Shown: positions 53,325 to 64,000 of the stretch, piece after piece
Layout of the letters: each line of letters begins with the position of its first letter
How positions within the stretch are numbered: the stretch's first letter is position 1
From: the human T2T-CHM13v2.0 reference genome, Homo sapiens
Assembly: GCF_009914755.1 (NCBI RefSeq)
Contig: NC_060938.1
Direction: 5' to 3' (one strand)
DNA: 64,000 nucleotides
Translations under genes and position numbers: made by a program
Notes under the pieces: generated by a model
Seen by the model: only the letters and a program-made list of their open reading frames with translations
Databases searched by the model: none
Told to the model about the DNA's origin: nothing

Positions 53325-54295
53325 GCCAGTATTTTCATTTTCTCTCAGCCCCATCCTCATGCAGAAACTGGGGGTATCAATGCCTACCCCCAAATGGTCT
53401 TTCCAATGCAACTTCTCAACAGAGGTGAGGATTTTGTTACAAGGATTTCTTCCACAAGTTGCCTGAAAGTGAGAGTAAATGTCATTGCACGTGCATTTGT
53501 TTACCAATCAATCGCCGGGGGTCAACTGGACCCGAGTCCAGGCTGTTTGTGAGGTTTACTAAGGTATACCAGATATAATCCCCGCCTTCAAGGAACAGCC
53601 AAACTGGAAGAGAAGGGAGGAGAGGTGAGAAGACCAGGCAGCCCAGAGAAGAAGGGATTAAGCTTGCCTGACGGAGTCTCATTGGGAGCTGAATAGAAGA
53701 TAGCGAGAAAGGGGTTATTTCAGCCCAGGCACAGCATAGAAAGGAGAAAGAGTAATGACAGAAGGAACTCGTGGCACAGCCTGCTGAGTGGTGCAGAAAG
53801 GTAGGGGAGAGTAGGGCACATACTGGGAGGAAGACAGAGCTGGGGAAGGCAGATGTATTTGGAGACACAACCCGCCCACCTGGAAGAGCTTCATCCTTCA
53901 GCTGAGTTCTAAATCCTGGTGTTCATGAAACCAGCCCACCTCTGGGTGAGGCGGGTATTACTGAACCCTTTCGTTTATACAACTATTTATAGGGTTTTGT
54001 AATATAGAGATTTGTATTAAATCTTCTCCACAAACTTTTCTGCCTATTTCTCAATGAGAAAGTAAACCTCAAAATGCCAGTCTTTCCTAAGGCCACGGAG
54101 ATAACAGGTGAAACCTCCACCATTTGAACAGAAGCCTCACGTTCTTTTTAAGGGACTCTAGCCACCCTCCTTTCAACTGGGAAAACAAAGGGACAGAAGA
54201 CAAAGAATCCATTTGCCTAACACACCTGGTTTCATTCATGGCAAGTCTCCATCTTTATGAAAAGTTATTTTATCTTCTTGCCAGGTGCTTCAAAT

Positions 54296-54641
54296 TCTAC
54301 TGTCCAATAGAAATATAATGTAAGCCACAATGTAATTTTTAATTTTCTAGTACCACATTTTTTTAAAAAGTAAAGCAAACAAGTACAATTAATTTTAATA
54401 ATATATTTTAATTAACTCAAAATACCCCAAATATTATCATTTCAACATATATCAATACAAAAATCACTCATTATTAATGAGATACTTCTATTCTTTTATT
54501 TATACTAAGTTTTAAAAATTCAGTGTCTATTTTACACTCATAGCACATCTCCATTTGAACCAGCCCCATTTCAAGTGCTCACCAGCCACATATGGTAATG
54601 GCTGCCATATTGGAAAGGGCTTCCATATTGGACAGGACAGC
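54296..54641. mobile_element. MER33 (hAT-Charlie)
   Basis: ctgtccaatagaaatataatgtaagccaca...catttcaagtgctc...atattggacag. Confidence 0.9.
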
Positions 54642-54848
54642 TCTAGAATTGCATGTGAAATGGCAGAGTGGTTTGTGTCATGACTTGGAGTTGTGAGGTC
54701 CGGCTTGGCTTTCTCTCTTTATCTTTGTTTAAAGCCACATTGTCAGCTTTTCCAAATATTCAAGAGTGGAGAAAATGGGATCATTATGCAAGGCAAAGCC
54801 ATGTTGACTCATAGATTTAATGGTAGATAAGAGACCAATGATCTAGGT

Positions 54849-55055
54849 CAGAGGTCAGCAAACTACAGCCCATGGGCCAAAATCAGCCCCAGCCGGTTTT
54901 TATATGGCATATGAGCTATGAAAGCTCTTTAAATTTTCATGGGGTTGTAAATAAATAAATAAAATTTTATAAATATGCGACCACACTCTACATGGCCTGC
55001 AAAGCCTGAAATATTTATTAGCTGGCCCTTTACAGAAAAATGTTCCCAGCCCCTC
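54849..55055. mobile_element. MER58A
   Basis: cagaggtcagcaaactacagccc...ggccctttacagaaaaa; 8-bp TSD atctaggt / atctagct. Confidence 0.92.
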
Positions 55056-55292
55056 ATCTAGCTAGTCATATTATTATTTTTACATCAATTGGTTTTTTAA
55101 TATTTGCATTCCAATCTATAACCATAATTCCTACATGATTTTACTATTAATCTAACATCTCTATAGTCTCAATGCTTACCACCAGTCTTTCTCTTCAGCT
55201 TCCCCATTCTTGAGTTCTTCATTTAATTCATCGCTTGGTTAGTTGAAATTTGCTGTCAATTTCTTTCTTGTTTTTTTCAAGAAAGGCACTTA

Positions 55293-55323
55293 TGGGAAAA
55301 GCCGGGTTGAGAGGGTGAAAAAA
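55293..55323 (+). pseudogene. 5'-truncated retrocopy of pre-miR-320 (3p arm), A-tailed, TSD-flanked
   Basis: 55297-55318 aaaagccgggttgagagggtga matches miR-320a-3p AAAAGCUGGGUUGAGAGGGCGA at 20/22 (recalled sequence), preceded by precursor-type (c>t)ggg; exact 12-bp TSD aagaaaggcact 55279-55290 / 55324-55335. Confidence 0.88.
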
Positions 55324-56873
55324 AAGAAAGGCACTAACATGCTGTGTTTCTTGAGATTCTACTGTTCGATTGATAGTCCATGTTTTCTGTTTGTTTGTTT
55401 TTGATCATTTGTGTCATTATACTTACGGAGAAAAATCAGACTTAGCCCCTGCCTTCAAGTGATCTGGCTGGTTGTGAAATCTGGAGCTGGAAGTCACATT
55501 TATTTCCCTCAGAACTTTATATATCAGCCTTCTGGGGACACTGAAGGCTGTGCAACCATCTTCTGATCACCTTCTGATTTGCTGGACTTTAACATAGAAC
55601 ACTATTTCTTCCTAAGGCCTGACAGGACTCTATTGCATAACTTCTTTCAGGTTTCAGAATATCTGCCTGTTGCATTTATACCTGAAATACAACTTACCTG
55701 CAATGAGATTCTTGATTCATACCTCATATCATTTAGAACTCTATGTACTGCTCCCTGTCTTTGGGTGTGACATGTTGCTGCGGGAAAATCTAAATCTTGA
55801 TTTTTTTCTCCCACTCAGATGTCTGAAAAATTCCACATGCTTTTGGTGTTCAATAAACTAAACAGGATATGTCTTGGTGTCAAATGTTCTTTATTGACTT
55901 TTTGTAAAACGTAGTGTGGTCTTTTAATATGAATAAATTTCTTTCCTCTCTTCAGGAGAATTTTTTCCTCTAATTAGGACTATGAACAGTTGTCCCATTT
56001 GTTGATTTCTAGATTTTAGGGCCACAGATCAGTCATATAAGACATTATCTTTGTCTATTATCTTTCCTCTGATTGAGTCAATCTCTTTTTTCTGCATTCA
56101 TTTAGATTTTCTCAAGCATTTTCCCAATATCAGTTAATTCAGTATTTCAACCACATAGTTCTTTTCTTTGTTGTGATTTATTTATTGATTCTGGCATGCT
56201 GTTGTTTCAGTAATCATGTGGTTTTCTTAACTTTATCCTATCATGTTCTTTCCATCTTGTGATGTCACTAACACCTTGTTGACTACCTATTTTACTAAAC
56301 CTATGATCATATTATATTTTAGATAACACAAAGCAGCAGTTGCTAAGGATTTTCTTCAGTTTCTGGGATTATGTCTTCCTCATCTGTATTTGATATATAA
56401 TGGTCTTTAATTTTTTTATAATTGTCTTTTGATGTAGCATATTTCTAGAGTGGCCAAATTATTTCTTGTCACCTAACTTATCCTAAACAAGTGCATCGCT
56501 TCCCAAATCTTCTGTTTTCTTAAATAAAGAAACTTCTTGCTGTGAAACCGGGATCTGCTTCTTCCTCTGAGCCCCTAACAGATGTGCATGACTGGCCCCT
56601 CCACTCTTTATTAATCCACTTCATTTTCCTGGCAAGGCTAGACACTCCAGGTGGAAACAAGTTTCATAACTCCAGAAAGAGATTAGGAATAAGCAAATTT
56701 AGCTCCAACTCTATCCTGTTGCTACCTTGACTGATATAGACTGGTGTTACCTGGAGAAAATGCAGTGAATTTTCCCTGATGTTTCCTAAAGCTGCCTATT
56801 CATCTCCTCAGTCTACCTATCTCAAAGTTAGGAAATGGGGCTTTTGCCAAAAAATATCGGAGAATTTGGTTGA

Positions 56874-57187
<314 letters not shown>

Positions 57188-57479
57188 CAGTTGACTCATT
57201 TTTTTATGGGATAGTTATTATTTGGGGGGTTGAAGTAAATATGCAGACAGTCATTTCAGAATCTTACATTTCTTTTTTTGACTCCACTTCTGCATGTAAA
57301 TAGCATGAGATTGGGTCTAGTTCCTTGCTTTATTGCAATTATTCATTCTTGGCTGCTTTTTATTAATTTTTATTCATTTAATTAAATGTTATAGAAGAAA
57401 GGCTCTGTGGTCCATCTTTATTCCATCTATTTATTCAAAGTGTCCCCCTCTTTCTTAATCCCAAATCTCCGTAAATTGA

Positions 57480-57850
57480 AATCTACTCCTCCTTCCTCTC
57501 TGTGTTCTCCACAGTGGTCCTTTTATCAGCAGCACCTTTCCCCCATCTCCAAATACCCAAGTCGTAACCACCCTTTAACACCCAGATCAAATGACACAGC
57601 TACATGAAGACTTCCGTACTGCAAATAATGATCTCCTCACTTGCTTGAATTTCCCCCATTATCTGTTCCATTTTTGTACCAGTCACCACTTTCTGACTTG
57701 TCCTAAATTTTCCTATGTCCATGTTGGTCTCTTTCACTACATTGTCATCACCATGATGGCAAGGTCTGTACATTATTCAGATCTGCATCCTTTATATGTA
57801 GTGAAATATATAACAGAGTAGGACCTCGACTAATGTTTGTCAAGCGAGAT
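57480..57850 (+). mobile_element. L2 3' part
   Basis: cccagatcaaatgacac...ccatgatggcaaggtct...cagagtaggacctcgactaatgtttg. Confidence 0.65.
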
Positions 57851-58074
57851 AAAATTTTGCTAAGCAGAAAATGATTTGCCTTATGTCATTGTGCATATAC
57901 AGAAAACATGAAGGGATATGAAGTGGAGCTCAAACAGCAAATTTGGAGTCCACAATGAATTCCACTGTAATTACTATCATCAAAGCAAAGCACTCCAAGT
58001 GACAATTAGATTTCCAGCTGGACCATACAGCCCATTTGCTTGCAGCATGATTTACACAATAACACAGGTAATAA

Positions 58075-58310
58075 CGATAATGTAGATTGACAACCATATT
58101 TACCTGTTATTCCAGAGTCATCAAAATGCCTTCACATTTCTTATCCCATCTAAATCTTGCAATAACCTGGGGAAGTCATTCATTTCAGTCCAGTTTTACA
58201 GATGAGGAAAGTGAGGTGTAGAAATGTCAAGTATTCATTCAAAGTCATATCCTTAGCAGGCAGCAGAGTTGGCACCTGGCTAAGTCTGTCTGCTTGTCCC
58301 ATAGAATCTA
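58075..58310 (-). mobile_element. MIR
   Basis: ccagttttacagatgaggaaagtgagg. Confidence 0.85.
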
Positions 58311-58355
58311 AGATGTTCCTCTAAACAGTACCTGCCACCACTCACTGATGGCAGG

Positions 58356-58543
58356 CAGGACTGCCCCATAGGTTATACAGGTTGTTAACTGCTGGGGTCA
58401 TCTGGATAAGAGGCCAAGTGCAGAGGAAAATCCAGTCTATGCTCCTCTTGCCAAGCTGTGTGTTCTGGCAGAAGGCCACCTCTGCTTAGCAAAAGCCACT
58501 TCCTGTAATTTGCATGAAGCTAGAAGGGGAGCTAATGGCAAGG
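58356..58543. mobile_element. MER45A (hAT-Tip100)
   Basis: caggactgccccataggttatacaggttgt...aaatccagtctatgctcctcttgccaagctgtgtg. Confidence 0.75.
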
Positions 58544-59394
58544 ATTGTGTCTTACTAAGTTCTGCCTCCCCAAGGACCTGCTGTGTGCCAAACACACAGT
58601 AGGCAGGCATTCATACGTTGCTTTATTGAATGAACATGTTCTCATTTGCAAATTTCATTTTCATAAACAACTTCATTCAGTTCCCATAAAAAATTCCCAA
58701 ACAGACAAAACTCTGAGAAACATAAAGGCTTTCTCATGTACCCCATCCCTTCTAGTGATGGGATTTGACCAGGAGGCTCCATGGGGAGTGTAGGATCACC
58801 TCAAAGTCAGAGAGAAAGGGTGCTCCTCTTTGGCCCCAGAGGAAGACAAGAGTAAGAGCAGTTCTCCATCCTGCTATCTCACATCTCACCCAGCCCCAGA
58901 TGAGGGCAGTACGTTCTATGATCTTTTAGGGTTAAATTTCCCAAAATTGTCCTACCATTTGCACAAGTGAAAACAAGAAAATGGAATGAGCCATTGTCTT
59001 CATGTAATCTGACGTGCACAAATTTTCTGTAAATGCTGCAGATATGTGGACCCCAGCCATTGGAAACCCAGGTCAACAGCAGACTGAGTGGACGACAGTG
59101 CCACGTATGCAAGACAAAGAGGAAGAACTTAGAAAGCCCAGGAGAAGAGCGAACAGAACACAAGTGGGAAGTGATGATGGAGAGAGGGGTCAGGGGAGGG
59201 CTGAGGAATGGCAGGTGGGACTCACTGTCAAGGAAAAGGGCAGTAAAGTGGAAGTGGGTAAAATCCATGGAGCTGGATTTATTCTGATTTTCAATAGAGA
59301 AAGAATCTGCTTCCTGAGTCCCAGTTTGATAACCTGGGAAAATATCTCTGCTTTTTCAAGCTATAGTATCCATTTACTGAAAGAGTAAAGAAGA

Positions 59395-60970
59395 CCTCAT
59401 TCATTCATTGAGCAAACACTTTCACTGTGTCCTCAGTATCAGGTCCTGTGCTGGGTACCATGACACAGAAGGTAAAGACATGATCTCAGCCTCGAGGAAG
59501 ATATATTCTGATGGGCAGATGGGCCTGGCACAAGTATCTCCATGAGAAGTTAGAAATGGTCAACGCTAGCAAAATGGAGAAGAGAAGAAATTGAGAAGGG
59601 GGCATTGTAGGCAGGATGCAGGAATCCCCTCAGAAGGCATCTTCTCATGAGGCTAGATGTGAGGTGGGCCTGGTGGGTTCTACACATCACAGAAGTGTTT
59701 GTAGCCTTCATTTAGCTCTACCTGGATCTCCACAGCCCACGTCATTCTCTTATTGGCATATCACATCATAAACTCTAAGTCTTCAGTTGCAAAGGGAAAG
59801 AGGGAACAGGTTGGGACACCCAGCCATCCGCAACCCTTCATGCCCTATGGCATGATCTTCACATGGCAGCAGCTGGCATGTGTTGCTAAGTACCAGGAAC
59901 CATGCTGAGTGCTTTCCTTGTATGATCTTATTGAATACTCATGCCCTCTGCAGAGGGAGACCCTAGCTGAGGCCACATGAACAGAGGCTGAATGAGGCCA
60001 AGGAGCACGCCCTGCAAGCATTTGGGGGAAGAGGGTGCCAGGCAGATGGGAGAGTAAGGACAAAGGCTCTAAGATGACAGCATATTTGGAGTCTGAAGAA
60101 AAGCCAGGAGCCCAGCATGGGCTAGGTAGAGAGAGCAAGGGGATGGGCCAGAGAAGCAGTGGGAGCATTACCCTAGTGCTGGAAACTGCTAGGTCACTGC
60201 AAGGACCTGGGCAATGACTCTGAGAGAGATGAGAAGCCATGTAGAGAATTTGACAAGAGCAGTGACATGATTTTATCTGAGCTTTGGAAGGATTGATATA
60301 ATGTAATTTAGACCTCAAGACACTTTTCAAAGGGTTATTTGGCTGCTGTGTTTTTAACAGACTTGGGGCAGAGGAGTACAGGTGAGGGCAGAGAAGCCAG
60401 TGAGAAGCTACTTGTAAAATACAAAGCATCGTGCAAGGCACAGAGTGGGCATGAGTGCTTAGAGGAGGACGTTATCATGGCCAACCATGGGTTGACGTAC
60501 TCAACCCAAGCTGGGTGTGGCTAACATGAAGAAGACTGACAGCCGATCTGTTCCATGGCCTCTATATGGTAAAACACAGTTTTCCTTTGCTAAGTGTTTA
60601 TCGAATAAATGAATAAGTCACCCCCTGTGTAATTCAGTTCTAGTGGGGAGACCAACAGGGCAACAACTGAGATGTCACAGCAGGGCACCAGAGGAGGGGG
60701 CAGAGAACTTTTCTGGGGAGACAAGTGAGATGTGAGCAAATGCTTCACAATGGCAGTGAAATTGAGATGGGCCTTGAGGAGTGCATAGGAGTTTTCCAGG
60801 CAGATGGGATACCAAAGACACACCACAAAACGGCAGCTCTAGCAAATGTGCAGAGACAAGTGTGTGAAAAGTTTACAAACTCATGAAATTGTTCTGTACC
60901 TGGAACATAGTAGGTGCTCAGGACATATTTGTGGCATGAATAAATGGTTGCTATGGGACTAATTGGATGC
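59395..60970 (-). mobile_element. Cluster of L2 fragments (mostly minus strand)
   Basis: tcattcattcattgagcaaacact; gagaagccatgtagagaatttgacaagagcagtgacatgat; ttgagatgggccttgagga. Confidence 0.7.
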
Positions 60971-61159
60971 ATGGTTGTGAAGACAGCCCAGGGCCAAGCA
61001 CAGGTGGGCTGTTCCTAGGAGCACTTTCCTAGGTACTTAAATGGAAATTGATGGGAATATCATGTGTCCTTTAAGCAAATCTGGGGTGAGGGAATAATTG
61101 CATTTTTGTCATTGCTGTATTCAAAATGCAAAATTAGGACATGAAACAGAGTAAAAGAT

Positions 61160-62495
61160 ATTCACTAGCAACTGTACATTTCTATATCAAGCCCCAGCTT
61201 CTCTCCCTGAGTCCTGGGCTCTAATACCCTAGTGCAGTTATCCACTTGGATATTCAATATTTACCACATACAAGGAAAAACTCCTTATCTCCCACTCGGA
61301 CATGTGCCTCCCCTGCAGTAGTAGATATCCTGGTACTCACAAATATCTGACTCATATCCCCTTCTTGGTGCACAGTTTGTCTCCCGCGACTGGTTCTGGG
61401 CAGGGAGCAAAGAACCAAAGTGACATGTGTCTCTTCTCAGCCAGAGCATAGAAGAGGGGCTGTGGGATCTCCATGCTGTCATCCTTTCCACACTGCAGTC
61501 ACTTACATGGCCACATGCCCTAGAAGGCACAGCTGCCAGATGGTGTCTCTGCACCTGCACTGAATAAAAGCATGAAAACAAATATTTGTTGTATTAAGGT
61601 ATTGCAACGTGGGGGGTTATTTGTTACTGCAGCACAACCTGTCCCCGCTGATGAATACACCATGTCTTGCACAGTCTTCATTAATAGTGCTGCTCAGTTA
61701 CTCAGGCCAAAACCTATGATGCCCCTCTTTCGTGTCCCAGCCTGACACACTTTTCTGACCCATCGCTAAGTCCCGGCAGATCTACCTTCAAAGTGTTTCT
61801 GGAACTGAGTGTTTATCACTATCTCCATCCCACCCCGCCTGGCAAAGCACCAGCAATGCTCCCTGGGAGGACTGGAGCAGCTCATCCACTGATCCTTCTG
61901 CTTCTCCTCTCATCTCCACATAGAAGCAAGAGAGACTTTTTCCAATATTTACTATTTCTAATTTTCCTTGCTTATGGTGACCCACTGTCTTGAGAACAGA
62001 TCTGAATTCCATACTGTCGCCTGCAAGGTCCTGTGTGCCTTGGCTCCACATTGCTTCTTCAGTCCCATCCATGACAATTAATTACACCCTGTGCTGATTC
62101 CTTCCCCTGTCACCCTTGCCTCCTTGATGGCCCTCCCACCTCAAGGTCTTTGCACCAGTTGCTCCTGTTACCTGCAGTGCCCTCTCCACCAGCTCTTCCC
62201 ACACTTGACAACTTCTCTTCATCTCTTCTCAACTCCTTAAAGAGGTCTTCCTGGTACCCCTTTGCTAAGCCAACCATCCTCTCTCCCCAGTAATGCTACA
62301 TCATATTTTGTTCTATTATCTTCACAAAACGTACCTCCAATGGAAGCTACCTTTTCTTGTGCTTACTGAATTTTTGACCCTGTGTCTCTATCAGAATATT
62401 GTATTCACTAGACCCCCAGCACCTAGGAACAGTCTTGGCATATAGTAATCTCTCCATATATGGTCAATGAATGATTGAACAAATGAATGAATCTA
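61160..62495 (+). mobile_element. L2 split by an MLT1 LTR
   Basis: tatccacttggatatt; tcaaggtctttgcac; cagcacctaggaacagtcttggcatatagt...gaatgattgaacaaatgaatgaat. Confidence 0.8.
61314..61659 (+). mobile_element. MLT1H/I-like LTR
   Basis: gggggttatttgttactgcagcacaacct...atgaataca 3' end. Confidence 0.7.
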
Positions 62496-62659
62496 CTAGC
62501 ATAAGCTTAGCTGTTGGTAGAATAAAATGAGACTGCAGCAAACTTCATTGAAAATGATGACTTCTTGGACCTGCCATTGTGTTACGATTCTATTCCCTCA
62601 TCCAAGATGAAGAAGGATAAGAAAGGAAAGGAGGGAAGGAGAGAGAATAAGAGTGAGAA

Positions 62660-63060
62660 TAAAAAGGCATTGTTCATGATCCTGTTCGGGGTGCCTCTCA
62701 TGCCTGACAAATAATGAATTAGAGAGAGATCAGAACATCCAAGACCAAAACAGTCATTAACTGCCACTCCCCCCAGACCCCCTCCCAGAACATGCCGGCT
62801 GCCAGAAGCCGGCCCAGACAGTCCAGTTAGGAAACAAAAAGATGGAACAGAAAGGCCTCTTTGAGCAGCCTGGTTATTAAGAGCTCTAGACAGGGAGAGA
62901 GAGTGTGTGCAGCTTAACTCAAACATTTGTGCTGAAATGTAAAAAACAATTATGACATTCAATTATTCCATTAAGTGAAATTAACCATTCTTCTTGTTCT
63001 TTGAAAAGACCAAAAGGAAGCACAGATCTGAATAATTAGGTCAGTGAAGAATTGTGAAGA
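62660..63060. promoter_or_regulatory. Candidate conserved element (SOX/homeodomain motifs)
   Basis: cattgtt, taatgaatta, aacaattatg, caatta, taattag; repeat-free. Confidence 0.35.
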
Positions 63061-63117
63061 AAGGATGTCTGGACTTTTATTTTCATTTGAAAGTAGGAGG
63101 AGGATTTTGCGTTCGGG

Positions 63118-63118
<1 letters not shown>

Positions 63119-63152
<34 letters not shown>
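63119..63152 (+). repeat. (TG)17
   Basis: Direct read. Confidence 0.98.
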
Positions 63153-63153
<1 letters not shown>

Positions 63154-64000
63154 TGTCCGTTTGCTCTAAGAACGCCTTTGAATTCCCGGGGTGGTCATAT
63201 GCGAGACTCTGCCCTGGCAGGTATGGCCAAGTCTGGATCAAGGAGTGGCATTCCCACTTTGATGTTGACTGTCACGCTCGGCTGCTTGACGATCTCTTTG
63301 GCTGCCTGCAAGTCTGTTGTCCTGGGCGACCAGGTAAACCCGGCTGGGAATGCAGACCCTGCCTCTCAGTCCTCCTTGGCATCCCTTGCAGAGGAGAGAT
63401 ATGTAGGTGGAGACTTTTCTCCTTGTCTTTCAAACTCCCAGGAGGGATCTTCGCCCCTAAGAATCATCTGCTGAGGCTATGTTACCTGGTGGCACATCCG
63501 GACGACACATATGCATTTAGCTGTACGCTCACACGTGTGTGTGGACATGCACTCACATACCACACACATGGCTCAACTGTGAAGACAGGGAGTGAGGATG
63601 GAGTGCAAAGACAAGGGCCACCACTGAGACCCCTGGTGTGTTAGTGAGCCCGTGACCTCTGTGTCAGTAGCTACAAATAAGGCTGTGCTAATATCCACCT
63701 GACCTGGGGTGTAGGCATTAAGGAAGCCACCATATCTGCCCTCCAACCTGCATCTGACTTTCCACAGTGTGGCTTCTCCGAAAAAACATTATTTTATTTT
63801 TCATGATGTCATTTGCCTGCAAATATTAAGTATCAATACCATGTGGGTTTTTTTGTTTGTTTGTTTTGTATTTTTTAATCATCTGTTGAGTGGTCCATTG
63901 CTCCAAGGATACTTGGGACATCAAGCCTGCTTATCTGTGATAAGGGCCTCTGCAGTTTGTTCTAACAGCCTGCCCTGTGATAGATCCATAAGCGTATAAT

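Noticed and set aside
58058-58111. Imperfect 15-bp inverted repeat
   Set aside because: AT-rich, gapped and at a MIR edge; compatible with chance.
59845-60441. 198-aa minus-strand ORF
   Set aside because: Lies within decayed L2/MIR sequence; a chance open frame.
63054-63644. 196-aa ORF
   Set aside because: Non-ATG start, runs through (TG)17 giving a CV repeat, no recognisable protein similarity.

Overview
Human-like primate genomic DNA (AluJ/S/Y, L1PB, MLT2A, MIR, L2). It is intergenic or deep-intronic: I see no credible protein-coding exon, CpG island, tRNA or rRNA, and I could not name the locus. Much of the window is decayed interspersed repeat, separated by several repeat-free, motif-dense blocks that look like enhancers. 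Repeat families and subfamilies were recognised by eye from remembered consensus sequences, so boundaries are approximate unless a target-site duplication (TSD) is quoted. Main observations: (1) a tiny TSD-flanked, A-tailed retrocopy of the 3' arm of pre-miR-320 at 55293-55323, with an altered seed; (2) four short (60-140 bp) non-tandem direct copies placed 0.7-5.5 kb upstream of their donors, with junction microhomology, two of them fused in scrambled order; (3) a 72-nt exon-like unit between inverted (CA)12 and (GT)14 tracts; (4) a same-strand cluster of 7 GATA sites with tandem NF-E2/ARE-type motifs; (5) an MLT2A2 solo LTR carrying a mixed-orientation AT-rich minisatellite.
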